Source of the DNA: Bilabrum cf. latius
Lineage: Eukaryota
Assembly: GCA_965178125.1 (NCBI GenBank)
Contig: OZ237745.1
Span: forward strand, 1,178,001 to 1,242,000
DNA: 64,000 nucleotides
Direction of reading: 5' to 3'
Shown piece after piece: positions 16,701-31,700 of the stretch (position 1 is the first letter of the stretch; the number at the start of each line of letters is the position of its first letter). The translations under genes were made by a program, and so were the position numbers. Under the pieces are notes generated by a model. That model saw only the letters and a list, made by a program, of their open reading frames with translations, did no database searches and was not told the DNA's origin.

Positions 16701-19700
16701 CAAGCTGCAGCGCGCTCTTGCTGTTGTCCTCGGTCAGCCGGGCCAGCCGACGGTCCACCTACAGCTTGGGGTCCTACTTGCCGTTCTGCCAGCGGGCCCC
16801 GCAGGAGACGGCGGAGCCGGCCTCCCTCGCTCGGGCGGTCAGGGCCAGCGCCTCTGCCCACAGGAAGGCGCGGACGGGGGGCGGCAGCATGGCCCGAGCA
16901 TCGCGCGAGGAGAGATCGGCCATGGCGCGCGAGACGTCGCTCCCGGCCGACAGGTCCAGCAGAGGGGCAGAGCCGCCCACCGCGGTGGCCCAGGACCGGA
17001 TCAGGAGCCAGCGGGCCTGGGCCCGCAGCAGCCGCGCGTGTGTGGCCGCGCCCTTGGCCATGGCGTGCAGCTCCAGGGCCCGACCCTCTCTGTTCTTGCC
17101 GCGCGCGTGCGCTGCCGTGGCCAGCGCCTCGCTCTCGGCGGCCGATTGCGCCGCCCTGTCGAGGCCGAGCTCTCCCGCGAGCGGGTCCTTCTCCATGCAG
17201 ACTGCCTGCCTGGCCATGGGCCCGCCCCGCTGGTGAGAGACCGAGTAGCCCCGGAAGTAGCTCTCTCCCGACGACGCGTCGCCCGAGGGACGCACCACCC
17301 CCGGGGTCAGCTGCAGCGCGGCGGCCGCCACCACAGCCGCTGAAGTCGTCTGCGCCGAGGGCACGGGGGGCGCGGGCAGCACGGCCAGCGTGGCCCGCTT
17401 GAGCTGGGGGCCCACGGACCTCCCCTGCAGCACGTCGGCGCCCAGCGCGGCCCCTCGCTTGCGGGCCGCCTCCGAGGCACCGCACTCGTCACAGCTCCGG
17501 TGCGCCATCTCGGCCACGGCCCGCGTGGTGGGGCCTCCCCACGGAAGCCCTGCCAGCTTGCGAGCCTCCGCCGCGGCCTGCCTGCCCCCGCCAACAGCGG
17601 CCGCGCCCGCTCCAGAGACGGGAGTCGCACCGGTGAGGGCCCCGGTCGCCGCAGTTGCCGCTGCCGCCGCCTTGCGCGCCGTCGTTTCCACCGCCGCCGC
17701 AGCGGGGGCAGTTCCGTCTACCGTTCGCAGGGCCCCCGCGGCGGCACCAAGCGCCAGGGCTCCCAGACGCAGCGCCGCGCCCCGCAGGCGGCTCGCCCTC
17801 CAGGGCTCCAGCATGGACCGCTGCAGCTCAGATTCGGAATCAAAAGTGGCCCCGTCGCCCAGCACCCCCGCCAGGTCCGTCTGGTTCTGCAGCCACCGCA
17901 GCACGGCCTGCCTGCCTCTGCTGGTCAGGTGGTCCGTGGCGTCCGCCGACAGCACTCGCATCTCGCCCGACGCGCCGGCCCCTTTGGCCGCGTCCCCCCC
18001 CCGCACGTAGGCCAGCCACCAGCCCCGGGGCCCCTTCTGCGCAAGGACGTCCCGCATCCCTCGCTTGCCCTTGGCTGCCTCTGCCGCCGCCTCTTCCACC
18101 TCCCTCACCGCCGGGACGGCCCCGAGAGCCGAGGCCGCCGAGGTGCCCGCGCCGGAGCCACCCCCTGCGAGTTGTTCCCTGGCCTCCTTGTCCCCCGCCG
18201 CGCCGCTGGCCACCAGGGACTGCAGGGCATCGAAGTGCCCCCTGGAGGACTCGCGGCAGTCCACGGCCGCCACGTCAAACCAGCGAGAGTCCAGCTGCAT
18301 CCGAGTCGCGTCGCCCTCTACCGCCTTGCGCCGCCGCCGCTCCTGATCCCTGGCCGCGAGCGTGTCCGCGTTCTGCAGCAGCCACTCCACGGCCAGCTCG
18401 CTCTGGTCCCCCGTGTGCAGCAGGGCATCCACGCACCACCGCAGGGAGAAGCCCATGCCCTGCATGTTCTCAGCGGCGCGGCGGCGGCCCGCGGGCACCC
18501 TCGACGGGTCGAAGTCGTCGTCCGGCGATGTACCGGCCTGCAGGAGACCGGCGGCAGTCTGCTCCCCCTGGAGAGCGACCTAGCGTCCTTTCGCCTGTGC
18601 GCGCAGCGAGGCGTTGAAGGCCAGCCGGGCGGCGTCCTCCTCCGACACGTCCTCCAGGCCCGAGTCCTCTGCAGCACCCACCGCGGTGGACCGCGCGGCA
18701 GCTCCCCGACCGCTGTATAGGGCCCCAGAGGGGGCCAGGGCACCTGGTGCCACGCCCACGCCGCACTCCAGCGCAGCCGCCTGTGCCGCCTCCGTGGGCG
18801 GCGCTTCGTAGTCCATCCACATCTGCACCGCGTCCCCGGGGTCGTACATGGAGAGCGCGGGGGCCAGCTCCAGACCGTGCGGGATGGCGCACTGTGGGAG
18901 GTGCTGCCTCAGGCCGAACCCGCACACCGTGGAGCCCTCCCTGCCCGCCACGCCGAGCCGTGCCTGCTCCTCCTCCTGAAGCCCGAACCGCTCACATGCG
19001 CCCAGGTCCGAGACCCACAGGCCCCTCCTTTCCCTGGGCTTGGGGTGCTGCAGGATGCACAGCTGCCCAGAGGCCACGTCCAGGTAAAGCGTCAGCAGGT
19101 CGCCCGTCTGCGCCCTCCGCCCGGCAGACTTCTGCTTCTTGTTGTTCGTCCAGAGAGCCCCGTTGAGGATGAAGCCCCACCCAAAGCTGTCCGAGCCGAT
19201 GAACTTGGCCCCGGAGGCCTCCCTGGACTGCACCCCCACGAAAACGTTGGAGCGCTTCACAAACTTCTCGATGTAGACGTGCCACTTGAGCACGTGCCGC
19301 CCGCGCGAGCGCTCCAGATTCGCCAGCCGCGCGGCGAAATCCGGCCCCGACTGGGTCGAAGCGCCCGCCCACTTGCTGCCAGCGTCCTCTGGGGGGGTGC
19401 CGGTGGGTGGCGCCACGGTGGGCGGGAGCGGCGTGCCGACCACCACGGAGGGGCGGGAGCACCTCGAGGAGGCCCACTACTTCTTGCCCACCATCTCCAC
19501 GCGGCAGGCCGGCGCGCCGAGAGCGACGGGCGTCCCATCCGCCGTGGTGGCTAGGATACCCGTGTCGACGCTGGCGGGGGGCGCGCCCGATCCCGAACCC
19601 CCCGACCGGAGGGCAGCCGTCACGCCCCGGGTGCTCTATAGGCCAAGGGCCTCCCCGGGGTGGCGCACTGGCCATGCGAGCACGAGTCTGCTGCCCTGCA

Positions 19701-22700
19701 CCTTGCACCGCATGCCGCCCACGGACCCGGACAGCAGGTACTCGATCCGCGATGGCTTTCGCAGCCTCCCACCAGCAGCGGCGGCGGTTCTGCCCCTCGC
19801 CAGCGCGGCCTCGGCGTCCTCCATTGACTTGAACACGCCGATGGGCTGGTGTGCGGGGACGTGGGACCCCGCTGCCAGCTCCACCGACACGGAAGATGCC
19901 CCGGGCACCTCCACCAGCCGCACGGTCCGCTGTAGCTTTGGCGCTTCCTCCGAGCCGGGAGCCGCGCCGGGGGCCTCCGCGGGCTGCGGGGTGTACTCGC
20001 ACCGCACAGCCTGCTCGGAGGCGCGCAGGGCGAGGGGTCCCAGCGAGGCCGTGCCCAGCACCAGAGCAGCGGGGAGGGCCGCGGGAGGCAGGGCGCCCAG
20101 GAGCGCCCGGCTGCCCTGCACCGCTGCGGCCAGCCGCACCAGCCACGGCGCGATGGAGCCAAGCCGACCCAGCAGCCGCGCGGCCGCGTCCCTCCTGCGG
20201 AACCTCGCGGCCAGCGCCGTGCATGCCACTGAGACGAATGCGCCCTCGCACGCGGCACGGGAAGCCTCAGGCGCGCCCATGGCGGCGTGGGCCGCTGCCG
20301 TCAGCGCCAGCTCGTCGCTGTCCAGCGGAGCGGCAGCCTCCCGGCCCGTGCCGGACACGCGATCCAGCAGAGCGGCGGCTTCCTGTTCCTCGGCTGCTCC
20401 TGCGGCCGAAGTAGGCTCTGCCGCGCCAGCACCCGACGCGGCCGCGCCGCCGCCGCGTGACGTACCCGCCGCGGCACCCTCCGCCGCGGCCAGGGCCTCG
20501 CTGGCAGCGTAGTCCGCCAGCGCGCCTGCCGGGTCCCGGGCCGCCTCGGAGGCCTGCCCCAGCGGCCGCCCGGTGGCCGATGCCACCACGGCCCAGGCTG
20601 CCATCGCCTCCGCTCCTGCCTCGCAGAGGGCCTGCACCAGCGGAGACAAGGCCCCGGGGGGGGGCCTCCAGCGGGAGTCGATCACCTGCCCGGAGCCCTG
20701 CGCGCTCTCCTGCGCGGCCACCCTGTCCCGGCGGTACCGAAGCTCGGCCCCGCGGAGAACCACTGCCAGCAGACGAGCCGCGTCCATGGACCGCGCCCGG
20801 CCCCGGAGGGAGGTCGCGCGCCACTGGGCGCGGACTGCCGCGGCGCTGCCGTCGGTCGGCTGGGCGGCCATGGCGGCGGCCCTCCCTTGTTCCTTGGACT
20901 CCACCACCGCGGATGGATCCACGCTCCGGACGTGAAGCCCGCCCACGCCCCGCACACCCGAGCTGCCGAAGCGGCAGTCAGGGTCCAGCACCAGCGCCTG
21001 TGCTGCCCCTGCCAGGGTGGGAGGACCCTGAGCGTCCAGGTCACCTGAGTGACCGTCCGATGCACCTGCCCCGGACATGGCCGCGCTGGCAGCGGAGGCA
21101 GGCGCGGCGGGCGACTCGTCTGCACCCACGTCGCATGCCACCTCTGGGCTCAGCCGCAGCAGAGCCGCGATCAAGCGAAGAGCGAGTCCAGGCCAGCCAG
21201 CCCACCCCGGCGCCCGCGCGGACGATTGCGTTAGCACGTCTGCGGAACAGGCGCCGCGCCCCAGGATCCGCAGCGCGTGCGGCACCTTTGGCTGGGAAGC
21301 GGGCTGGGCCGCGTACAGCTCCAGCGGGTCCTGTGCCCAGCCGTCCGGCGACTCCACCAGCGCGATGCGTGCGGGCCACGCGGCCGAGGCGGTAGCAGCA
21401 GCTGTGCCTCTCGGGTCGAAGTGGCCCCCGTCGTCCAGCAGGGATTGCGTGGGCTGGTCTGTGCTAAGCAGCGGGGCGCTTCCGTGCTGCCTGCAGTCCT
21501 CCGGCCACTTGGCCACGTCTCTCACGGCCAGCTGCACCAGGGCCGGCACCAGGGCACGCGGCATGCGAGGAGCCGCAGGCAGCGGCCCGGCGGTGCTAGG
21601 GCTCGGGTTGCTAGCCGCCGCCGCGATGAGGATCGCGCGGGAGGCTCTGGATGCCTGCGCCGCGGCCTCCATGCAGTCGATGGCGAAGCGCAGCACAGCC
21701 CTGGATGGGGGAGAGCACAGCCACAGGGAACAACGGCGAGACAGTGTGGCGGCGAGGACGGGGTGGACAGGGGCGCGCCCGCCCGCGGATGCAGCGCCAC
21801 CGGCCCCGCTGGATGCACCGCCCTGCACGGCGGCATCTCGCTGCGCATCAAAGGCGGGTCCAGCCGCGCACCCCCCGATCGACAGGGACACCAAGCAGCC
21901 CGATGGGGTGTCGTCGCTGGTGCAAGAGGACGCAGCGACTTCGGTTGCGATGCCTGGCAGAGTCGCCGCGTGCAGCTGCAATGGCGCTGCGGACAAGGCG
22001 GCGGCATCCTCCGCACCTGTACCAGCGGATGGCGTTGCCACTGAACCGGTGGCCGCCAGCTGCAGGCAGTTCGGGCGACTCCCGATGCCCCCGGGCCTGG
22101 CCACGACCACTGCCAACGCAGCGGATCCCTCGGGCGCCGAGGGGCGCAGGTCGCTGGCAGTGGACGCGCCACGCAGGGAGCTGCCCTCGCCCATGGGGCC
22201 AGAGCCACCGGCCGTTGGCAGCTGCGCGAACTGCGGAACCGCGATGCGCGGCGCCACCGCATCGGGCGAGTCGACGGGCGGGGTCTAAGTGGCAAGCATC
22301 GCCGCGGAATGGTGCGGGCCCGCCCTCCACTGGCCCTCCTGCCGCGCCTCCCTTGTGAGAGGCGTGCCCGCCGCGCCTGCCGCGTCAGGCAGCACGGCGT
22401 CGTGGGCGGGGCACCAGGCGGCTGCAGGCGGGGCCTCTCCTCCGCTCGTGGCTGCCGCTGCGGCCAGCAGGGCAAGCGTCCCCGCCGGAGCTCGCTCCGC
22501 CCGCCAGGCCAACGCACCGCGCGAAACCATCCGAAACCCGGCCCCCGCCACACCCGCGGCGTCGGCCGGGTGCAGCGTGGCCAGCACCTGCGTTCCCACG
22601 GAGCAGTCTGTCAGCCCGGCGTGGCTCCAAGTGGAGCCCCATAGGGTCTGTCCCGCCGTGTGGCGGCCTCCCTGCAGCCAGTCGCCGCTGGAGCGCCCGT

Positions 22701-25700
22701 GTTCTGCACCACCCGCCCCTTCCGCCCCTGCCCCATCGCTGGTCTTGCCCTTGGCCTTGGCCTTGCCGGCCTTCTTGGCCTGGGCAACGCGAGCATCCAC
22801 CCACGACTTGGCCTCTTCCTCCATCGCCTTGCGGGGAGCCGCGCAGCCCACGTGTCGCTGGCGCGCCGCGGTGGCGTGCTGCACGCTGGCCTCGCCCTCG
22901 GTGGCAGAGGCGAGAACCACTGGCGCCCGACGGCACACGGCCACCACGCCAAGGGAACTCGACGGGCCAGAGAGAGAGGTGGCGACGGCCGTGTCGGCCA
23001 CCGCCCCCGCTGCCAGCTCGCAGGCCTGCTAGCTCGCGATCGCCGCCAGGCGCTCCCACGCTGCACCGCCCGCTGCCGCCTCCGCCGACAGCCGAGCCTG
23101 CAGGCCTGCGAGCCTCATCTGCGCAGCCGTGGCCTCCAGACGCCCGGCCCCAGCGGCGGGCACGCCCTCCCCGCCGCTCAGTGCGAGAAGCGCAGCGGCA
23201 GCAGTGCGGTCCCACAGCCCACGCGCCGCGTCATCGATGGGACCCACGGGTGAAGGAGAGCTCTCCGTGGTGCTCTTCGTTTCGCCGCGAGGTCGAAGCA
23301 GGCAGGCCCATAGGTCGGCGCCCTCCGTCGCCGCCGCGTTCTCCGCGTCGCCTATTCGGAGGGCAGCCTCGGCCCCGGCTGCTCGCAGCAGGGCGCGGGC
23401 GCAGGCAGCGGCCGCGGCCGCGTTTGCGTCGCACGCTGTGGCAGCGTCCAGGGCCGCCCGCGCCGCCTGTGCGCCAGCGGACATGGCCGCGGCGCGCTGC
23501 TTTGCCTCAGCGTAGGACATGCGAGCGCCGGCGCCCGCGCTGGATGCCGCTGTTGTTCCCTGGGTGCCGGAGGCGCCTCTGGCCGCGGTGGATGCCGCGC
23601 CACGGAGAAACGCGCGACCAGCCGGCTGCAGTGCGACATCTTGGCGCTGCTACTCTGCTGGTTTGGGCTGGATCTCAACGAAGCGCCTGTTCCTGTCGCC
23701 AACCGCCTGGGACGTGCGGGCAGCGGGAGACATGTGGGCGCCAGAGGCCGTCCCCCCGCTGCCACTCGCAGCAGCCCCCGTCCCCGCCACTGCAGCCTGC
23801 TCGTCGGACGGCAGGGAGCTCTGCCGCTGGAGCTGGGCGATGTCGCCGGGGGCATCGGGGGAGGCCAGCATGAGCGCCCTCCCGTCGTCGTCGCAGCGGA
23901 AGGAAGGGTGCGGGGCCGTCCACACCGTGCTAGCACCAGTGACGCTCTCGGCCCCCTTGGTCGCCGAGCACTGGCCGCCCGTGCCAGCGGCGCTCGCGCC
24001 AGACGCAAGCATTGCAGCGGCGGCGCCGCTGCCGCTCGCCGGGCCCAGAGATACCGCCAGCACTGGGTCGGACAGCGCCTCCTCGGACTGTTCCCCGGTG
24101 GCCAGCACGACCGCGGCGCACCCGTCCGAGTGGTCGAGCGCCGGCGACCACTTGTGCCCGAGCGCAGCATACCTGGACCTGCCATCGGAGCCGGCTGCCG
24201 ACCTCCGCATACCCGGCAGGATCTCGAGATCGTAGGCGCCTTCGAAGCCCCAGCGGTGCACCTCGATGTTCCCTGTGCGTCTCCACCGGACCTTGATGCC
24301 CGCACCCGCAGCCGCGTGCCAGTCCGTCACGTCGGTCACGTCCCCCAGCCCGCCCTCACCGCCGTCTGCCGAGCCCCACTGCCACGAGGGCCCGCGCCGC
24401 ACCACGTCCCCCCTCTGGATCTCCACGCCCGGCCCCGTGCGAGCCCCCACGCCGCTGAAGTCCCCGCCCTCCGCCTCCCCAGGCCACTCCTCCTGCGTGG
24501 CAGAGAGCCTGCCCAGCCAGTCCGCCGACTCGCTCCAGTCTCCCTCGGAGGACCCTGGGGGTGGAGGTCCGCTCAAGGCTGATTGCGTCTCATCCGCAAG
24601 CACCTGGCGCGTGAGGGCAGCCCTCCTGGCCAGGGGGTCCATCTGGAGCCAGCCAGCTCCAGAGGCACCAGACTTGGATACGATCGACTACAGGCGAGCG
24701 AATGCAGCCGCGCGACGAGCAGAGAGCTCCTTGTCCACTGCGTTACCCGTGCCGAACGCAGAGGTGGGCAGCCCCGCCCTCGTCTGCATCTGCTGCCACG
24801 CCTCCATCGCACTGGGCGAGGCTTCATCGGGCGAGAAGAGCGGGGCGAGCGCGAGTGCATCGCCTGCCACGGCCGCCAGCAGCGCCCCCTCTTCCACCGC
24901 AGCACCCACTAGGCCGTGGCGAGCCCGTCGCTCGCCGGCTGCCGGCGCATCGCGACCAGCGGCAGCCGTCGAGGGTGCCCAGACGGGCACCGAGGCGGCC
25001 TCCTTGGCGAACTGGTCGGCGAGCACAGAGCTGCTAGCCGCTGCTTCGAGCAAGGCCACCCTGCCCGCAGCGCACGTCTTCTTGGCGGCATCGTCGGTCT
25101 TGGTCCAGGCCTTGCCTGGGACCGGACCCTCGATCTGCTCCATGCTCTCCAGCCCGTCCGAGCCGCCGACTACCCCTGCACACGCGACGAGAGCCCCGGC
25201 CAGCGCTGACTACAGCACCGTGGGATGCACCTGGCTGGTCGACAGCGAGGTCGCCTCCGCTCGACGGATCGCCCTCGATTTGGCGCTCTGGAAGTCGCCA
25301 GCCAGCGCCGAGTCGGCGTAGTCCTGACCGGACCGAGAGCACTGCGCCACCGCTTGACGAAGGGCACAAGCCTGCGCGGCCCACGCTCCAGCGGCAGCGG
25401 CCCACCACCTGCGCGCCGCCCGCAGCGCGGCGATCCGCGAGGAGGTGCACGGCACAGAAGCGAGGTCACTAGCCTGCTCCGCGCCCCCGGCTGCGTCCCT
25501 GGCACCGGGCCACGCGGAGGGCGCGGCCTGCAGACAGGCAGCCAGCCGAGCGTCTGAGGGGTATGCGCCGGCCAACAGACCCCCGAAGTCGCCTGTGTGC
25601 GCGTGCGGGGACGCCGCACCCAACGTCGATACCGGTGAGAACGAGGTCGAGGTCGAGGGGATGGGGGAGCTGCCTGATGGCGGCGTGCTCCCATCCTGTG

Positions 25701-28700
25701 ACCCCTCCGCGGCCACCGCTCCGAAGCAGCTGGCCGCCGCCTGCATCTCGAGGGCCTCGTCCGAGAGAGAGGCTCCCACGCTGGCAGCCCCCTCCTCGCC
25801 CTCCCCCACGCTCGGCGGCATGGGCAGGAAGCCGGGGTGCTTGTCGCTCCACGCAGCCTCCATCAGCTTGCCCTCGAGTGCCGCGGCCCGCATCTCAGTT
25901 AGCCTCGGCTCAAGCCGTCGCATCTCCACCAACGCCCGCTCCGCGATGGCAGACGCACTGCCGGCAGCACCCGGGCCGCCGTCCACCGCCTGCACCGTCA
26001 GCGCGAACCTGCATCCCACCACCAGCTCGGGGGACAGGAGCAGAGGGCGGTCGGAGCTCGCCGCCACACCCTCTCGCAGGGCTGCCCGCCCCCACACCTG
26101 AAGACCACCCGAGGCAGCGCGCACCAGGGTCTCCATCGGAACCAGTGCGGCCGGCCAGCAGGGCTCCGGCACAGCTGCAGACAGAGCCTCGGTGCCTTCT
26201 TGGTCCGCGGGCAGCAGGCCGGCCTGCAGAGCCTCCGAGACGCCGCGCTGGCCCATGAGAGCCAGCACCGAGTCGAGACAGTCCAGTGCACACGAGTCGT
26301 CCGGAGCTACCGTCCAGAAGTCGGGAGAGGAAAGGAGCGCCAAGGCGCCGGCACCTGCGTCGAAAACAGCCCCGCCTTTCGTTTCCTTCTCTTTCTCCTC
26401 ATCGGCAGCAAGGGAATGCTCCGCGAGGGATCGCACAGCCTCCGACACGGCCGCCCAAATGGCAGCGCGCCAGGCAGGGGCGTGTCCCCGGAGCACTGCC
26501 ATGCCCGGCTCCTCCCCCTCATCCATGAGCTCGTCATCGTCGGGCGCCTGGCCGTCAGGCAGCGACCCGTCCAGGGACGTGATCGGCGCCTCGGCCACAG
26601 ACCCGGCCATCGCGCGCACCGCGGCCAGCCTCGGCTCCAGCTGGGCCGAGGACCACCCGTCCGCGGTGCCGACAGCCAGCCCCAGCATCAGCGAGGCGGC
26701 CTGCCGGGAGGGCGACTCATCGGCACGATCGTCGCCTAGCGCCGGGTGTGCAACCACACCGCCGGGCGCAGCCGAGGGGTCGCTTGCAGCAGCCGCAGCA
26801 CGCAGGAGCGTCCTACCACCTGCCGCTAGGAGGCGATCCACGCTCTCGCCCCCTTCGGTCCGCGCGGCGCCTGAGCCCGGTGCCACCTGCCAGGCAGCGC
26901 CTTTCTCTGCAGACGAGAGGCTGGCCACGGCTCGCAACCCTGCGGCAGGCACGGCTAACAGCGTGCGGGCCGCAGACCCGCTCGCGTGACGCAGGAGACG
27001 GAGTCCAACCTTCCCGCTGGTGTCGCATGCAATCCCAAGCAGCACGTCAGAGGCACTGGATCCTACAGCCGCGGACGAGGCTCCACCAGCTGCGTCCTCG
27101 CCCTCGCCGCTCTTGGATTCCTCGTGCCCGCCGCCATCCTCGGAGTCAGAGCCGGCATCCATGTCAAGCTCGAGCTCTGTCCCGCCCCACTGCCCTCGGT
27201 CTTCGTCCTCTTCCTTGCTTTCCCTCCCTTCCTGTCGGGCTTCCATCAGCTCGTATGTGAGGGCGCTGCCCAGCACAGAGACAGAGGGATCGCCAGCCAC
27301 CACCCGGTCCAGCGCCAGGTCATCTAGGGCGGGCACCACGGCCAGCGCGTGGCACAAGCTCGCTTCTGCACGCGCAACAAATCCCTGGCTGTCCGGAGCA
27401 GGGCCAATTCCAGGCGTGCTGCCGCTGTTCGGAGCCCTCCGGACGTAAGCCAAGCAGTCGGCCACAAAGCTCACCACCGCCACCACGGCATGCGCGGCTT
27501 GCTCCGCTGACAGGGCAGGTGCCCGGGAGCCGAGTGCTCGGACGGACTCGAGCGTCCCGTTGCCATCTCTGCCGCTGGCCTCGGCGCGGATCGAGCGGAA
27601 GCACTGCATTGCAGCGCCCGCGCACGTCATGACCGCGGTCAGGGCACGACGCCCCTAAGTCGCATCCCCGGTTCCCCGCGCCAGCACACGTGACGCCGCC
27701 CTGCACATGGAGCGGAGGGAGCCCCGGCCACGAGCCCGCACCAGAGGGCCCAAGTGATCCCATCGGATCGATGGCGCGCGGGACGAGAGCGGGCACACCA
27801 GGCCAGAGATCTTCGGCACGACTGCGCTTCTCAGCACCACGCCCTCTACTGACGCGAGGGCCCGCACGATGCGGCCCATGCTGGCAGACAGGGCGGGGGG
27901 AAGCACACCCGCGCCGATGGAGGCGTCGGTGCTGTTCCGCAGCAGCCGGCCAGGGCGCACCTCGGTTGCGGCATGCAGCGGCGCAAGGCTTGACTGCCAC
28001 ACGGCCTGAGCCCCGGGCAGCTGCTCGCCCGCCTTCGCGTCCTCCTCTGCTGCGCGACCGACCGTGTCGGCAAGGTCTGCCAACAGACCCGACAGAATGG
28101 CCGCCTGCGCCGCAGATGCCGTCCGTGCCAGCGTGACGGCGTGTGAGAGCACCACCAGCAGAGAGGCAAGGGTGCTCTGGGAGCCAGCCAGACGACACAG
28201 CCGCATCAGCAGCCGGGTAACTACGGGCCCGAACGCAGACAGGGTCGTGCCGAGTGCCTTTGCGCCCCCGGCGGCAGCGGCGCCAGCTACCGTCGAGGCA
28301 GACTCATCGAGCACCGGCACCGGCACAGTTGATGATACAACCACCACAGCCTCCGCAGAGGCGGCTACGCACTTGGCCAGCTCGCCCAGAGACGGAGCCC
28401 CGCCGGGCTGCTTGCTCTCACTGAGCTGGGCAAGGGTGGTGACCACCGAGGGAACAGCGAGCACCACGCCCTCGGCGACGAGTTCCCTGGCCGCCTTTCC
28501 GTACTTGCCGTCGGGACGGGGCTCTACGCCCTCCGCAGCACCCGTGGCGTGCAGTACCGCAGCCACGGCGCAACGCGCCGCCAGACGCACCCACATCTTG
28601 GCTGAGGCCTTCTGCTTCCCCTTGGGCTTGCCGCTGCTGCTGCGGCCCCCGGAAGACTTGCTGCCCTCTGTCACGGGCGCCACTCGGCGAGCCGTGCGAG

Positions 28701-31700
28701 AGTCCAGCGACTGCAGGCCCTTGCTGAACGCCGCCAGCGCGCCGGCCTCACCCGACAGCAGGCCACGCACGAGGGGCGACATGGGGCGCCACGTGGCCCT
28801 CGGCACCAACCGGGGCCCGCTCGCACTCGCGCGCGCCCCAAATCCAACCAGGCTCGCCAGCCGGGCCACAGCGGGCAGCGGCTGCATCTCCATGGGAGGC
28901 GAGGGCACCGCCTCGGTTGTGGTCATGTCCTTCTGCCACTCGCCCAGCCCGTCGCGCTCGCCCACCTGCACCGTGCGCAAGGCGCCCTCCGCAACCCCCC
29001 TCGGTCCCTTGGGGAACAATCGCCCGCCGAGGTACCGACACACCGCGCCTCGCGAGGCCGCCGACAGCAGCTCAGCGCTGCCCTGCACGATCTCCCCGAG
29101 AAGGGAGGCCTGGCCCCCGTCAGCAATCACGCCAGCGGGCTTGGAGGAGGCCGCCCAGCCGGCCCCGCTGCGCCGGAGTCCGACCGCCAGGCGAGCAATT
29201 TCGAGCACGCGAGGCAGCAGAGGACGGAAGGCCGGGCGCGTCGCACCGACCCCGGCCCAGCGCACAGTCTGCCTGCCCAGCTCCACGCGGCATGCCCCGC
29301 TGTGCACACACGACAGGGTTGCAAGAGACATGGCGTAACCGCCCGCAGACTGTGCCAGGCGCACTGCTGCCACGCTGGCGCCGTCAGCGGGCTCACCGGT
29401 GCCGCCCGCCCGCCGCAGGGCGTCGGCCAAGGCCTCCAGGCACGTCCCCGCCACCAGCTCCACGCTCGCGTTGGCTGCCATCGCGGCCCCAAATTCTTTC
29501 GAGGAGCGGACGCCCCTCCAGACCACCTCGGCCTCGTACCACCGCAGCAGCGCCACCACATCGTCACCCGTGATCTCGTCCCCGTGCCCGCGCACTGCCT
29601 GCATGAGAGCACCGGTGCCTACCTGGCAGCTCGTTCGGGCGGAGCGGATGAGGCTCTTCGGCCCCCTGGGTGTGAGGTCCATGCCGTCAGCGGCATCTGC
29701 AGTGACCTTGGACTTGCGCGTCTGCAGCCAGCGGGCGCGCATGGGCAGGCTGTCCGCCTCTGATGCAGGAGCGGCTGACTGTGCGGTAGCAGCGGCGGCG
29801 GCGGCCGCACGAGCGGCTGCCCCACCAGTCTCAGCTTCTGCCACGGCGGGCAGCGACTCGGCAACGGGGGCGGTCCCGGCGCGAATCTCGAGTCCCTCCT
29901 TGCCAGGCGTGAGGAGGGACCCGTGCAGCCGGCACGACGCCGCCACGGCACCGGAAAGAGCTGCCCGAAGAGATGTCGCGGCCAGCGAGGCCGGGGACGA
30001 GCCTGTCGACCCGCGCTATTTCTCGCCAGCCGCAGTCTTGCTCGCTGCGGGCGTCTCAGGCACGTCCGCGTCTGTCGCCGCGCCTACCGCGGCAGCTAGG
30101 CTCTTGACGATGGTTGCCACTTCCGTGCACGGCAACTTGGTTCTGCAGGCTGCGAGCGCCTGGTCTCCGTCGGCGGGTGTTTCGATGGTCTCCTATCCAG
30201 CAGCCCCATCTGCCGCGCTCGCGCTGTCCTCTGCTGACTGCGCGATGGCAGCCGCCCACCACTCTGGGCTGGCAATCGTGGACTGCACCGAAGGCCGCAC
30301 CACCAGCTCCCAGGTGGTTGACGAGGAGGAGGAAGAGGCGGCCGAGTGCCCAGGTGCCGCCTCGCTGCCTGCGCCTGACCCATCACGGGCGGCGCACGAC
30401 CGCAGCTTGTCGGCCAGGACCCTTGCCCTGCTCAGGGGAGAAGGATACACCATGGATCCGAGGCTGGCCAAACAATCGGCCGCCGATCGACCGGCGTCGG
30501 AGCGCGGCCCCTGCGCCTGGTCGTCGCCTGTTCCCTGGGCCGAGGACCCCGCCGCCACGATGGACTCGAGCGATTCCAGAGTGGACGCAAGTACAGCCTC
30601 GCCGCCCACATCTGCACCTCCGCTACCTGCACCCCCTGCCGGGGCCTCCCCAGCTCGGCTGAGGCTCACAAGCAGCTGTGCCCTGGCCTGTTCAAGCCCC
30701 TCGGCCAGCGGTGGCACGATGGCCGTGGGGCCACCGTCCTCCACGGCGTCCTCTCCGCTCGACTCGGAGCCGACGCGGGCCGCAGTCGCTAGCCCCTCCA
30801 CGCACTGCATGGCCTCTTTCGCCAGAACCCACTGGTACCCATCGGCATCGGCACCGGCACCGCTGCCGCCGCTTGCAAGCGACAGGCCGCTCACGATTCG
30901 CCGCAGCAGCATGATGGACCTGGCCAGCGCCTCGAAGACAGAGTAACCACCCCCAGCGGCGCTGGCTTGCTGCCCTGATGGAAGAGCATTGGACCGCGGC
31001 CAACTCTTGCTGCTCGCCGCACTCGTGGACCGCGATTGCGCGGGAGGGCCACCAAAGCCCCCGCCGCCGTCCTCGTCCTCGTCGTCAAACGCAGCCGCCG
31101 CATCTGCGCTGGCACTCTCCCGCGCAGAAAGGGACGACAGAACCGCGCCTGCCGCAAGTCCAGACACACCACCTGCAGCACCATCGCCGTTGTCACCGCC
31201 TGCCGCAGCCCTAACGCCGCCTGCAGTAGCACCCCCCGACCGCCGTGCGGCCTGCTCCTGCATCAGCCCTGCCAGCGCCCGGGCGCCTCTCCCCGCCACT
31301 GCCAGCGCAACCCTCACAGCTGCGAGTGAACTCGGCATCTCGGCAGCCTGCAGCGCATGCGCAGCCTCCCCACCCAGCCCCCGCTCCGCTGCCCCGTGCA
31401 GCGCAGGATGGAGCTGACTACTGCCTGCGGTGGCCGCCTGGCCGTCTGCCGCTCCTCCTCTTGCTGCTTTAACCAGCGCCGCGGCTAGCTCCACCACTGC
31501 CAGCAAGTCCCCCGAGGCCCGGGCCGCGTCTAGGGCCACGGACGCGCAGCACGCGACGGCCTCCGAGGAGGCCCCTGCTCCTGCTCCTGCTCCATCAGCG
31601 GCCTCCCGGATGGCATCCACGGCCCCTCGGCACAGCACCCTCGCGCCCACCCGAGCAGCTGCGCCCGAGAGCAAAATCGCGTCTGCGTCGTGCGCAGATG